NCBI RefSeq assembly: GCF_963921235.1
Contig: NC_086097.1
Location: 161,574,001 to 161,638,000 of the forward strand
Length of the DNA: 64,000 nt
Reading direction: 5' to 3'
From: Mobula hypostoma
Lineage: Eukaryota
Of the stretch, positions 27,486-40,834 are shown one piece after another (positions within the stretch are counted from its first letter, which is position 1; every line of letters begins with the position of its first letter). The notes under the pieces were generated by a model. The model saw only the letters and a program-made list of their open reading frames with translations. It searched no databases and was not told where the DNA came from. Position numbers and translations under genes: made by a program.

Positions 27486-27813
27486 TAATAGAAGGCTATG
27501 GTGAAACAGTGGAATTCAAAACCATGTTAGAAATCTTGATAAATGAACACAAATCATAATATTGACCATCAGGGTCATGGGAAACATAATTTATTTTAAA
27601 ATGTATTTAGATACTGCACGGAGAAACGTACAAACTCCTTACAGGCTGTGGCAGGTCGCTGGCTGGATTATCACAGAGAAAGTCATCCTTATACTCTCAG
27701 GCAATTCCAGTTTAAGTTTATTAAACTATAATAGTCATTGACTAGAACAGGTTATATGCCCCTATTTTAATTTTCTTAATCATAATCAGAAATAATTTTT
27801 TTAAAAAACTTAC

Positions 27814-27897
27814 CTGGCAAACTTCTTTCAGGTTTTCATTAGATGCCCCCACAATGACACATATTTCCAATATTCCATTGGGTAGAACATCAGCCAT
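27814..27897 (-). CDS. DENND3: DENND3 first coding exon (MADVLPNGILEICVIVGASNENLKEVCQ); the exon extends to an acceptor at 27919 with 22 nt of 5' UTR
   Basis: ATG at 27897, 84 nt, donor CAG|gtaagt, upstream acceptor acttag|GG. Resembles the DENND3 N-terminus (LPSGLLELCALLGA type) and joins the next exon in phase 0. Confidence 0.85.
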
Positions 27898-28159
27898 AAC
27901 TGACTTGCCTTCTGTGGCCCTAAGTTATACAAGAAGAAAGACGGAGATAAATACTTAAATCCAGCAGTAAATTAATCAATATTTTAACAAGTTGTCTGCA
28001 AATCATGTTAAAAATAGACAAAAAGGCAGAATAATATCAAGTTTAGAGATTGATAATAAATGCTGTCCTTCCCAGACGTCCAAGAAAGAAACAAAACAAA
28101 AAAATCACTAAGTCAGCAAGCACTGTAAGCATTGAAGATGAAAATATGGGAATCTTAAA

Positions 28160-29697
28160 AGATACCCAAAGATGAGAAAATCTGCAAATACTGGAAATCC
28201 AAACAACACACACAAAACTCTGAAGGAACTCAGGCCAGGTGGTATCTACGGAATAGAAACATAGAAAACCTACAGCACCATACAGGCCCTTTGGCCCACA
28301 AGGCTGTGCTGAACATGTCCTTATATGAGAAATTACCTAGGATTACCCATAGCCCTCTACATTTCTGAGCTCCATATACCTGTCCAGGAGTCTCTTAAGA
28401 GACCCTATCGTATCCGCCTCCACCACCATTGACGGCAGCCCATTCCACGCACTCACCACTCTCTGCATAAAAAACTTACCTCTGATATCTCCTCTGTACC
28501 TACTTCCAAGTGCCTTAAAACTGTGTCCTCTCGTGCTAGGCATAGGAACAAACAGTTGATGTTTTGAGCCGAGACCCTTCATCAGGATTGAAAAGTTAGA
28601 GCAAGAAGATAGGGGGAGGGGAAGAAGTAGTTGAAGCTGGCAGGTGATAGATGAAACTGGGAGGGGGGAGGGATGAAATAAAGAGCAGCTAAGCTGATAT
28701 TTGGAAGAGATAAAGGGCTGGAGAATGGGGAATCTGAAAAGAGAGGGAAGAAGACCACGAAAGAAAGGGAAAGGATAGGTACACCAGAGGGAGGTTATGG
28801 GTAGGGAAAGAGATGAGGTGAAGGGGGGGCAACTACCGGTAGTTCAAGAAAGCTATGCTCATGCCATCAGGCTGGAGGCTACCCAAACATTTGTTATTCC
28901 TCCAAACTGAGTGCAACCTTAACCTAACAGTAGGGGAGGCCATGGATTGACATGACAGAATACGAATGGGAAGTAGAATTAAAATGGATGGCCATCGGGA
29001 GATCCCACTTTTTCTGGTGGATGGAGCATAGGTTCTCGGGGAGGCAGTCACCCATTCTAGGTCAGGTCTCACCAATATACAGGAGGCCACACCAGGAGTA
29101 CCAGATACAGTAGATGACACCTCACCTGGAAGAACTGTTTGGGTCCCTGAATGGCAGTGAGGGAGGAGTAGGAGTAGGGGCAGGTGTGGCACTCGTTTCG
29201 CTTGCAAGGATAAACACCAGGCCAGAGATCAGTGGCGAAGGATGAATGGACAAGGGAGTCACATAGGGAGCGATCCCTGCAGAAAGCAAAAGTGAGGGGA
29301 TAGGGCAAGATGTTCTTGGTGGTGGAATCCTGTTGGAGATGGCGGAAATTACAAAGAATGATGTGCTGGACACAGAGGCTACTGGTGTGGTAGGTGAGGA
29401 CAAGAGGAACCCTATCCCTGGTGGGGTGGAGGGAGAATGGGGTGAGGGCAAATGTGCACAAAATGGAAGAGATGCGGATGAGGGCAGTGTTGATGGTGGA
29501 AGAAGGAAAGCCCCTTTCTTTGAAGAAGGAGGACATCTCATTAGTTCGGGAATGAAAAGCCTCATCCTGCGAGCAGATGTGGCAAAGGCAGAGGAACTGA
29601 GAGAAGGGGATAGCATTTTTACGAGTGACAGGGTGGGAAGAGGTATAGTCAAGTAGCTGTGAGAATCAGTGGGTTTGTAAAAGATTTCAGTAGATAG
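28160..29697 (-). mobile_element. Penelope-like element fragment with a nested CR1 3' end (~28255-28540)
   Basis: ORF 29069..29536 has MSSFFKERGFPSSTIN and RDRVPLVLTYH, with a GIY-YIG remnant. pLTR with a degenerate hammerhead near 28552-28590. The nested CR1 reads STRGHSFK...FFMQRVV. Confidence 0.8.
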
Positions 29698-30675
29698 ACA
29701 TAGTCATACTTTATTGATCCCGGGGGAAATTGGTTTTCGTTACAGTTGCACCATAAATAATAAATAGTAATAAAACCATAAATAATTCAATAGTAATATG
29801 TAAATTACACCAGGAAGCAAGTCCAGGACCAGCCTATATGGCTCAGGGTGTCTGACCCTCCAAGGGAGGAGTTGTAAAGTTTGATGGCCACAGGCAGGAA
29901 TGACTTCCTATGACGCTCTGTGCTGCATCTCAGTGGAATGAGTCTCTCGCTGAATGTACTCCTGTGCCCAACCAGTACATTATGTAGTGGATGGGAGACA
30001 TTGTCCAAGATGGCATGCAACTTGGACAGCATCCTCTTTTCAGACACCACCGTCAGAGAGTCCAGTTCCATTCCCACAACATCACTGGCCTTACGAATGA
30101 GTTTGTTGATTCTGTTGGTGTCTGCTACCCTCAGCCTGCTGCCCCAGCACACAACAGCAAACATGATCGCACTGGCCACCACAGACTCATAGAACATCCT
30201 CAGCATCGTCCGGCAGATGTTCAAGGACCTCAGTCTCCTCAGGAAATAGAGACGGCTCTGACCCTTCTTGTAGACAGCCTCAGTGTTCTTTGACCAGTCC
30301 AGTTTATTGTCAATTCGTATCCCCAGGTATTTGTAATCCTCCACCATGTCCACACTGACCCCCTGGATGGAAACAGGGGTCACCAGTACCTTAGCTCTCG
30401 TCAGGTCTACCACCAGCTCCTTAGTCTTTTTCACATTAAGCTGCAGATAATTCTGCTCACACCATGTGACAAAGTTTCCTACCGTAGCCCTGTACTCAGC
30501 CTCATCTCCCTTGCTGATGCATCCAACTATGGCAGAGTCATCAGAAAACTTCTGAAGATGACAAGACTCCGTGCAGTAGTTGAAGTCCGAGGTGTAAATG
30601 GTGAAGAGAAAGGGAGACAAGATAGTCCCCTGTGGAGCCCCAATGCTGCTGATCACTCTGTCGGACACAGTGTTG
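29698..30675 (-). mobile_element. Rex1/Babar LINE, 5'-truncated, with open RT C-terminal half
   Basis: ORF 29805..30746 has GAPQGTILSPFLFTIYTSD, KFSDD, LNVKKTKELVVD and YKYLG. Confidence 0.92.
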
Positions 30676-30754
30676 CAAGACAGATAAACTGTCTCCAGAG
30701 ATAGAGACAGAGAGATAAACTGGAGATAAGCGTGATTCACACACAATAGGCATT

Positions 30755-31118
30755 AACCATATAACAATTACAGCACGGAAACAGGCCATCTCGGCCCTTC
30801 TAGTCCGTGCCGAACTCTTACCCTATCCTATTCCCACCAACCTGCACTCAGCCCATAACCCTCCATTCCTTTCCTGTCCATATATCTATCCAATTTAACT
30901 TTAAACGACAACATCGAACCTGCCTCAACCACTTCTGCTGGAAGCTCATTCCACACAGCTACCACTCTCTGAGTAAAGAAGTTCCCCCTCATGTTACCCC
31001 TAAACTTTTGTCCTCTAATTCTCAACCCATGCCCTCTTGTCTGAATCTTCCCCACTCTCAATGGAAAAAGTCTAACCACTTGAACTTTATCAATCCCCCT
31101 CATAATTTTAAACACCTT
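30755..31118 (-). mobile_element. CR1 3' end fragment
   Basis: ORF 30828..31115 has FKIMRGIDKV and TRGHGL...NFFTQRVV.VWNELP. Confidence 0.85.
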
Positions 31119-31171
31119 TGATAAATGACCCTTTGATAGAAGGAATAAAGGTGTAGACTATTTTCTAAACA

Positions 31172-31560
31172 GGGAGCTAGGGCTTTACTCTTTGGAGAGA
31201 AGGAGGATGAGAGGAGACATGATAGAAGCATACAAGATATTAAGAGGAATAGATAGAGTGGATAGCCAGTGCTTCTTCCTCAGGGCACCACTGCTCAATA
31301 CAAGAGGACATGGCTTTAAGGTAAGTGGTGGGAAGTTCAAGGGGGATACTAGAGGAAGGATTTTTACTCAGAGAGTGGTTGGTGCGTGGAATGCACTGCC
31401 TGAGTCAGTGGTGGAGGCAGATACACTAGTGAAGTTTAAGAGACTACTAGACAGGTAGATGGAGGAATTTAAGGTGGGGGCTTATAGGCAGGGTTTGAGG
31501 GTCGGCACAACATTGTGGGCTGAAGGGCCTGTACTGTGCTGTACTATTCTATGTTCTATA
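31172..31560 (+). mobile_element. CR1 3' end fragment (same family as 47265-50790)
   Basis: ORF 31192..31458 has LERRRMRGDMIEAYKILRG; tattctatgttcta tail. Confidence 0.88.
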
Positions 31561-32734
31561 ACAATTAGATAGGCTTGGATCATCCAACCCACTGCCCCTC
31601 CTCCACTTACCAGCAAGTCACTATACGGTGGTACCTCAGGGCAGTATTTTCACAGTCTGCTGAGCTCAAGTGAGTTTGGCAGGCCATCCTGCCATTCACA
31701 CACTCCCAAAACCCAAATAAGGACACAATGTCACCAGGGCTTCCACATCTTGTTAGCTAGTATTTTAGTCAAATAACTGTATAGGCAATTAGTAAAGTCA
31801 CCCACTCTCCATTAACTATGACACCACAGACTGGAACCTTGGGAAAAGCCTAAGCCATATTGCTGAATGGCAAAGGCTTTCTGCCAATTTAAGGGCAAGA
31901 GATTCAACTTTCAGCAGCAGAGCAGAGGGTCAGCCTAATACTTATCCAGCATAAAAACAGTGGCTGTTCTGTGAGCGAAAACATCTTGTTAAATCCACTC
32001 ACTGCATGTTTTTTTGTTTCTGGCACCATTCTTTGTAAACTCCAGAGTCTCTTGTGTGTAAAAATCCCAGGAGACCAGCAGTTCCTGAGATACTCAAATC
32101 ACCCTGGGCGGCACCTAATTAATTAGCTTGTTTATTTCGGCTTTTTTCTTAAAGATGCGCCGGACGCACTCTGGTGTGCTCCGGCTAGCACTGCACCACT
32201 GTTTAAAAGATGTATACTCAAACAAGTACATGCAGCACAGCGGAATCATCAGGTAGAAAGTGTTGTAAAGTCTGATATCAGTGGGTGAATGAGTGAGGGG
32301 AGTGTAAAGGTCTACTTTTAGAAAAGGAACTATGGTTATCATTTTACTGGAAATGGAAAAGTCAGGACTTTAGCAGTTCACTACTTCACACGAGGTTTAT
32401 TACAAAGTCGGGTGGAAAAAAAAATCTTAAATACTACTGCTACGAGCAGCTAAACAATGTGGCAATCATTTTTCTCCAGTTATTTCCTTTTTAACAGCGC
32501 CCGTGGAAAATGTTATCTTGAAAGATGTTCTTAAACACTTCATTTATACAAAATAATATTTACTTAAAATATGCTGCACTCTCGCAGCACAATTGTATAC
32601 TATTCTCATTCTGCAAATTCTGTTTGCATTTGCCAAAGAACCTGGCCTGGAGGTGATACCAAACCTTGAGGTGATATCTTCAGAGTACTAAAGGCAACAA
32701 CAACCCTATGTTTGCCTTCTAATGTATATTTCAG

Positions 32735-33660
32735 TACATAGAGCAGCACAACACAAGAACAGGCCTTTTGGCCACAGCCTCGTGCCAAATTAATTAAACT
32801 AATAATGCCAAGTTACACTAATCGATCTTTGCATATGTGGTTTATATTCCCCCATTCTCTGCATATTCATGTGCCTATCTAAACAGCTTTAAAACAACTT
32901 TAACATTTCTGCCTCGACAACCACCCGTGATAGTGCATTCCAAGCACCCACCACTCTCTGTGTCAAAAAAGATTGCCCCTACACATCTACTTTGAACTTA
33001 TGCCTCCTCACTTCAAATGAATGCTCTCTAGATGTAGACATTGTGACCTTGGGAAAATGATACTTGACTGTCTGAAGTATCTACGCATCTTAAATTTTAT
33101 AAACCTTTTTTGGGTCTTCCCTCAGTCTCTGCTGCTCCAGAGAAAACAATGCAGGTTTGTCTCATCTTTCCTTGTAGCATCTGCCCTCTAAACCAGGCAG
33201 CACCCTCACCAAAGCCTCCACATCGCTCTTATACTGGGCCGATCAGACTTGAATGCAATTCTCCAAATGCAGCCTAAACAGAGTTTTATAAAGCTGCAAC
33301 ATAAATTCCTGATCCCTAAACTCAGTGCCTCGACTAATATAGGTAACTATGTCATTCACCACTTTTACCCCTCTATCAACTTATGCAGGAGCTACGAACT
33401 TGGACCCCAAGATCCCTCTGTGCATCAACACTGCTGGATCTCTTTTCTTTTACATTCGATCTCCCAAAGTGCATCACCTCACACTTGCCCAGATTAAACT
33501 TCAACTCCCATTTCTTCACCCATATCTGCCACTGATCAAAATATTCCATTGTACCTTTCAGCGATCCCTTACACTACCCACAACACGACCAATCTTTGTA
33601 CCATCTGCAAGCTTACTAATCCACCCATCAACATTTTCTATCAAGTCATTTAAATATAAT
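32735..33660 (-). mobile_element. Decayed CR1 ORF2 3' region
   Basis: Reverse-strand RT C-terminal remnants (KLADGTKIG, LYKTL.RLHLE). Confidence 0.6.
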
Positions 33661-34232
33661 CACACTCGAGAACATCAAAATGTGTTAATTTTAAACCAAA
33701 ATCCTTACTGAAATAATGGACTAACATCCAAAGGACTAGACATTAATCCAAAAGTGAGAGTTCCATTGCATCAGTTGGATGGCTTAAATTTAAATAATGA
33801 AATAAATCAGGAATAAAATAAAATCAAGACCCATAACAATATCCCACCTCCTCCTGATCAATAATGACTTGCTTGCACTCCATTTCTGAGTAATTTTGTA
33901 CATCAGCTGCTCCACAATTTTCACAGAACATTTTCGTTCAAAACCAAGAAGATCCAAGGCAACTGCAGATGAGATTCTGCGGCACAAAATCAGCATACAC
34001 ATGTACACAAATGCTAACATACAATTCAATTTCAAGGGTACTCTGATGTACCTTTCCCACTCCTCTTAAGCAGTCCCTCAGGATGAAGGATAACTTCCTG
34101 TGGGTTCTGAGGCAATCAATGAGGCCAATGTGAAAACCACTAAGTCTTCCACTGATAGGGCAGGAGATACCTGATGGGGTTGGCAGGTGGGTTGTTCGAG
34201 CGTCAAGAACTCCTTTCATCATTGATGTAGGG

Positions 34233-34804
34233 TAGTGGTCACCAACCTTTTTTAAGCCCAAGGTCCCCTAACTTGACCTTAGTGAAAGGCAAGATCTACC
34301 TACTAAACAGTTTAGAGAAAAAACAGCAATCGGCAATCGCCTCTGACCTGGGCCGACATTTATGTGCCAGGCGGCAACTAATTAATTAGCTTGTTTATTT
34401 TGGCTTTTTTCTTAAAGATGGCTGGGTGCATTCCGACTACCACTGTATTGCTGCATTCTTCGCGGCCCGGTGGTTGGGGACCACTGCGTATCTAATTTAA
34501 TTGGTCACTTTGATGTAGCACAGGCTACGCTGAAAACACAGTTCATGGAGGGGGTGCTACACACATGCGCACTGGGCAGAAAGAACGGAACTAAAACCCC
34601 GCAACCCGGAAACAATCTCTCCTTACAAACAGCTTTGTAGCAAAAGTATTGCTATATTACCATTATCCTAATTAGTATTACTTATTTTTATAATGCTCAC
34701 ATTACAACAGTATTTGTGTATTTATTTTTGATTTTTTTCAGGAGCTATTGGGAAAGTCTCAAAGATCGACCAGTCGATCACGATTGACGGGTTGGTGACC
34801 CATA
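34233..34804. mobile_element. hAT (Charlie-like) MITE
   Basis: Exact 8-bp TSD atgtaggg (34225-34232 and 34805-34812); TIRs tagtggtcaccaacc and ggttggtgacccata. Confidence 0.85.
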
Positions 34805-35619
34805 ATGTAGGGCTTCCACATGCTCCTGATAGAAGGACTTAAGTTTTTCTATATCGATCAAAATGTTTGATCCTTGTTTTACCTATCATAAGCCAAGAAT
34901 TCCCTAGAGTTGGGTGAGGGGTGGTATTATAGTTGTCATAGAAGCTTTCTGCAAATCTTTGAATCTTTTTTGGACCTAAAATTAAGTTAAACATCTTAGA
35001 TAAAGATTGAGGTATTTTAGCATCCTCCAGATCCAACATATATTTCTTTACTAATCCAGTTAATACATTCCTTTGCCTTGCATAGTCACCTCTTCTTCTC
35101 CATTTTTTCCTCACTTCACCTTGCATAAAAATTTGCTTTTCTTCTTCCATCTCCCTTATTCCCGACTGTGAATGCCACCGTACTTAAACCTCTGCATGAA
35201 ATTACAGTAAGACCAAATGTAGACTCAGCAGTGATGCTCCGCACTTGCAAGTACCTCATATACAGATATGTCTAAACTGAACTGCTGCCTCAGATACTTA
35301 TTTAATAGGCTAACACAGCCACATTCATAAAATAGCTTTTCAGCCAACATCCTATTATATAACAATCCTTTTGTATGTTGCAGATGCATTACTTCATGAA
35401 GTATCAGTAGGAACAGCCGTTATAGAGTCCTTGTAGAGACAATATCCCACCCTCACAGTAGGTAGACCTTCAGTGATGTTGTGACTAAATAGGATAGATT
35501 CAGAATAAATGTGACAGCACAAAATTACCCACAGGTAATCTTCCGACACAAGCAGCTCCACAATTACATTCCATCACAATCTATAACCTCATCATCAGCA
35601 CCAAGTTTATCATAACTGA

Positions 35620-36745
35620 TATTAGTTGTGAATTTTGTTGCTCTGCGGCAGCAGTACAGGACAGGCATAACATATTACTTACAGTCACAATAAAAATAAA
35701 TAAACAGTAGAAAAGAGAAATAGCAAGGACTTTGTAAATCATTCAGAAGTCCAATGGCAGAAGGAAAGAAGCTTTTCCTAAAGCATTGAGTTTGGGTCTT
35801 CAGGCTGATACCTCTTCCCTGATGGGAGAAGCGTAAGCCCTGGATGGTGACGGTCCTTCATTAAGGATGCTGCTTTCTTGAGGCACCACATTTTGAAGAT
35901 GTCCCCAGTGGTGAGGAGCTTAGGCCTGTGATGGAGCCATCCGAGTCTACAAGCCTAGAGAGCATCTTTCGATTTTGTACATTGGCATCTCCATATCAGA
36001 CACTGATGTAACCAGTCAGACTGCTCTCCACTGTACACTTACAGAAATTTGCTAGAGTCTTTAGACACATTGCAAATCTCCTCCAACTTCTAATGAAGTA
36101 CAGCCATTGGTGTGCCTTGTCATGATTTCATCAAAGTGAAATAGATCTGTGCTGTTGACGCCCAGGAACTTGAAACCTTTCACCATTTCCACTGCCCAAC
36201 TCCTCAATGAGGAGTAGCAGATGTTCTCCAAATTTTCCCTTAAGTCCACAATCAGTTCTTTGGTCTTGCTGATGTTGAGAGCAAGGTTGTTGCTTCGAGA
36301 CCACTCATCCAACCTATCTATTTCACTGCTGTACTGTTCTTTGTCACTAGCTGCAATTCTGCCAACAGTGGTGTCATCAGTGATTTTACTACATGGCATT
36401 TCAGCTGTGCTAAGCCACACAGTCAAGAGCGTACAGTAGAACAGAGCAGTGGGCATGGTGTTGAATGCAGAGCAGTAATCAATAAACAGGTGTTCCAAAG
36501 CCCAGTGAAGAGCCAGTGAGACCGCATCTTCTGTAGACCTGTTGTGGTGGTAGGCAAATTGAATGGTTCCAAGTCCTCGCTCAGGCAAGAGTTAATTCTA
36601 GCTACGACCAACCTCTCAAAGTACTTCATCACAGTAGATGTGAGTACTACTGGGTGATAATCATTGAGGCAGCTCACCTTGCTCTTTCTGGGCACTGGTA
36701 TGATTGATGCCCTGTTGAAGCAGGTGGAACCTTTCACCGTAGCAA
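35620..36745 (-). mobile_element. Decayed Rex/Babar-type LINE RT
   Basis: IIPVPRKSKVSCLNDYHPVVLTSTVMK, QFAY..NRSTEDA, LFIDYCSAFNT and NNLALNISKTKELIVD. Confidence 0.82.
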
Positions 36746-38465
36746 TGAGAGGCTGAAAATGCTCTAACTTTACTATCAAACCAAAGGACAAATCATGACT
36801 TTAAGAGTGCAGAATAGCAAGCCAAAAGCAGAATCATAAGCATCTGATCACAAGTGTACAAAACAGTGAGACAACAAGCCAAGTCTTTAGCCAATGGATC
36901 CTATCAAAGCTCTGCAACACTGTACATCCAATCATGAAAAGAGATTGACTGTTAAAAAGAAAATGGGAAAAGGCAGGGAGACTAGGGGTGTGAAGGGTCC
37001 AAGAACACTCTCTTCTACAATATGAATGCTTAAAGCAAAACCAAATCTGACTATTTCATATGTCTATTTTAACAACAAAATAGTTTTATGTTTCAATACT
37101 GCTGGTTAGGTTTCCAATGCACCCCAATAATTTCAAACCAACCAAGCATACACAGTATAAATGGAGTTTTCTCACAATTAAAATGAATGATTGGAATTAG
37201 ACAATTATAGTTAAAACTCCCTATAAATTATTTTCATGTTCTTATCAATTTATCAAAATAGGATGTGACTATACTGCACACACAAACCTGTTCATTCATA
37301 TCCACTGCTTATTATGAAGAATCACATTTTCCTATTTCACAAATTCCCCTTTCTCCTAGATCCTTCACCCTTCCTCCGCCCACGACCCCATCCCTGCCAA
37401 CAGTCCATGGTAATCTCCTGTAGAAGTCTAGGACCATAGATGGATCCTGCTACTGGCATCTCCTCAAGGAAGCAACTGTAGAGAAATACCCATCAGGCTC
37501 AGGGAATTACAAGACAAATGCTTGTTGCAAATATTTCTAAATTTTTTTTTGTCTCGAAGAAAATTTGCTCTGTATATAACGGATAACTTTGTGTAAAAAT
37601 GGCCTTTAACACTTCCTTCAAAATATCTCAAACTCTCTACCTTCCACAAATGGGTGGATAAGTGGAGGGGCAGCAGCTGCCTCCTATAACCCAGCTTCCT
37701 AAAATTTGTTATGTCAAAAGGATATCATGAATAAATTCTGTAAATATGAGATGGCGGCCAAGCACAAGATCTGAAGCAGAACAGTACAGCAAGAATTGGA
37801 AACATCTCTACCACTGATGTTGTAAAGATGTCCAAACAGATATAAAACTTAAAAATACCTATCTGCATCTTTAAACAAAATATATTGTGTCCTTTTTTTT
37901 TTACTGAGAAGGATTTGGAGAATATTGAAGGCGGAGTGGAACATATTAATGTGCTGGGATATTTCTAGATTAAGGAGAAGGGAGTATTGTGTCTTCTGAA
38001 AAGCATTAAAGTGGATAGATCCCTAGTACCTGACAGAGCATGGGGTTGGAAGGTTGTTTTTCTGGCTGGTGGCCAGTGACCAGTGGTGTTTAGCAAAGAT
38101 CAGGGCTGCAACCTCTTGTTTAATCAAGTATATTAATTACTTGGATGAAAATTTAGACGGATTGATCAGAAAGTTTGTGGATTACACCAAGATTGGTAGA
38201 TTTGTGGGCATTGTGACTGACAATCAAAAATACAGCAGAATCAAGATCAAATATGAATATATGGCCAGAGAAGTAGCTGATGGAGTTTAATATGGCAAGC
38301 ATGAGGTGTTACACTTGCAGCGTATCATTAACTTAAAGAATGCAGATAGTGGCAAGTCCCTTAATAATGGCTCTCATTCCATAATTCACTGAATGTGGCT
38401 TTATGATTGGATAAGATAGTGAAGAAGGTGTAAGGCATGCTCGCCTTCATTGGTCGGTGTGTGAA

Positions 38466-40415
38466 TTTATTGTTTCATATGGTAGGTGCTATTCTCTTCA
38501 CATTTCTAATTGTTTTTTGTCAAGCCACTCCTCCAGCTCGTGGCCGCATCCATGGATCGTGGCAAGGCCGTCTCAGAATTTGGTGAGGGAGCATGTCTGA
38601 ACCAGGTGGAGGACGCCCTGGGCTGGGGCACCACAGAGGCAAGCTGAGGTTTGTCGGGCACCTCATCGGTGTAGTGTTTGGGCTATTTTGGCATGTCAAC
38701 TTCTGAGTCTATTTGTGGCTGTCCAGTTTTTTCTCGCAGCTGTAGTAAAGCACGGGAGGAGCGAGGTGTGGTTGTCGATCAGATCTCCACTGCGGAGGTG
38801 GGGCGGGGGGGGCGCGTTGGTGTGTTAGTAGTGGCACCATTCAGTGTGTTTGTCACAGGAGTCGAGGTTTTTCAAGTTGTAGAAAGGATTTTGGGATTTG
38901 AGTAGGAAAGATGGATCAGTGTTTTAGATGAGTTTATGAACTGTAATTTTGTTGGGCATATTTTGGATACACTTGTAGAATTTTGCTGAAGCTGCTCTTC
39001 TACAGATCTCCAGGGGGCCTATTCCACTCTTGTTGGGAGCCATTGGGCAGGTATGAATTTTAGGGCTCCTGAGATTATTCTCATAGAAGCACAGAGCTGT
39101 GTACTGATGATGTTTGTGTGAGCACTTCTCTCCCAGGTGGGTGCGCAGTATTCAGCGACTAAGAAACATAGTGCTAGGCTAGATGTTCATAGGACTGACT
39201 GGTTAGCACCCCATTTGTTTCCTGCTATCTTCCCAATCATGCCCATTCTAGATTTTAGTTTCTTTGGAACACTTTGAAGTGGATCTTATATGAGAGAGTT
39301 CGATCTAGTGTGACTCTTAAGTACTTTGGGTGTGGATCATTGGGTAGCTGTTTGTCATTTAGATTGACATTAAGTTTAAGTTTGGTTAGCCGGTTGTCCA
39401 GATGAAATATGGAAGTTACTGTTTTGATGACATTCATACTTTAGGTACCACTTTGAGAAGTAGTTGGATAGAGTGTTGACAACTTGGGTAAGGTTTTTTT
39501 CAATGGATTTGATATTGTTCAATTGGGAGGCTATGGCCCAGTCATCAGCGTATCCAAAATTAGCAGATTTGGTTTCAGGAAGGTCACTGAGGTACAGATT
39601 GAACATTCCCTTGGGGAACGCCATTGCAGAAGTTAATAGTATAACTGGTGTCACTTCCTAGGCAGGTGAAGAAAGAACGGGTGCCTGTCATTTTGTGAAG
39701 GAGGTATAGGATCTTTTTACATGGAATGATTTGGGCTAGTTTTAACATTAAGCCTTGCTTCCAAACAGTGTCGCATGCAGCGGATAAATCGCTAAAAATT
39801 GCTCCAGTTTTCTTTTTGAGTTCAAATCCTAACTCAATACAGTATGTGATGTGACTAGGAGAACTTAGTCACTGGTATTGTGGTGTTGTCTGAAGCCAAC
39901 ATGTTTGGTCAGTATGCAACCATCTATAAGAGGTAATATCCTGGATAAAACAATATGCTCAAGTTTGTAGGTACAGTGGAGGAGAGAAATTCTGCTGTAA
40001 CTTGCTGGATCATCAGCAGGCTTTCCTGGTTAAGTACTGCAATGACTTTGGCACATTTCCACGTGTCAGGGTATTTTCCTTTTGTTATAACATCAGTGAA
40101 AGCACCAGTTAGCCACTTGATGCTCTCTTCTCTGAGGTGGTTTAGCCTTTCTGGATAGATACCGTCCGTGCCGGGTGCTTTTTCTGATTTAGTGTTTTGC
40201 AAAGCAGATTTTACTCTGGTTGGTGTTATTGGAAATCTAAGTGTGTCATAATCTTCTGGTATGTTATTGTAAAATTTTTGGTATTTATGTCTGACTTGTG
40301 TTTCAAATTTATGATTGGGGTGTGCGTTCCTCTTCGTCTGATGTGTTTTGCTACTGTACCTGCACTGACTGAATAATTGGTTTGTTGCTTTGGTGCTGTG
40401 TTGGGGGTCAAGTTT
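38466..40415 (-). mobile_element. Vingi/Ingi-like (I-group) LINE, decayed, inserted in a plus-strand CR1 (~37900-38460 and 40420-40830)
   Basis: KAPGTDGIYPE, GYADDWAI, PKYLRVTLDRTLSYK, WGANQSVL*TSSLALCFLVAEYCAPTW, and a C-terminal CLCG...HLVQTC. Confidence 0.65.
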
Positions 40416-40834
40416 TTTGAGTATGAAGTCATGCTGCAGCTATACATAACCTTAGTCAGACTGCACTTGGAGTACTTCATAGTTATCGTTGACCCATTAT
40501 AGGAAGGATGTGGAGAGGGTGCAGAAGTAATTTATCTACATGCTGCCTGGAATACAAGGTCCGAGCTAAAAGAAAATGTCGGACAAACTTGGGTTGTTTT
40601 CCCTACAGTGTTGGAGGCTAGGAGGAGACCTTAAAGGTTTTTAAAATTATGAGAGACATGGAATCTTTCCCCAGGGTAGAAATGTCAAACACCATAGGAC
40701 ATGCTTTTTAAGATTAGAGGGATCAAGTTTAAAGATGGTGTGAGGGGTAAATCTTTATTAAATGTGCAGGGAGTGGTAGATGCCTAAATGAGTTACCAGC
40801 GTAGTAGCAGAACCAGGCTGTTTGGTAGCGTTTA

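Noticed and set aside
34839..35150. 103-aa minus-strand ORF
   Set aside because: No recognisable motif or splice context; cannot be supported as coding.
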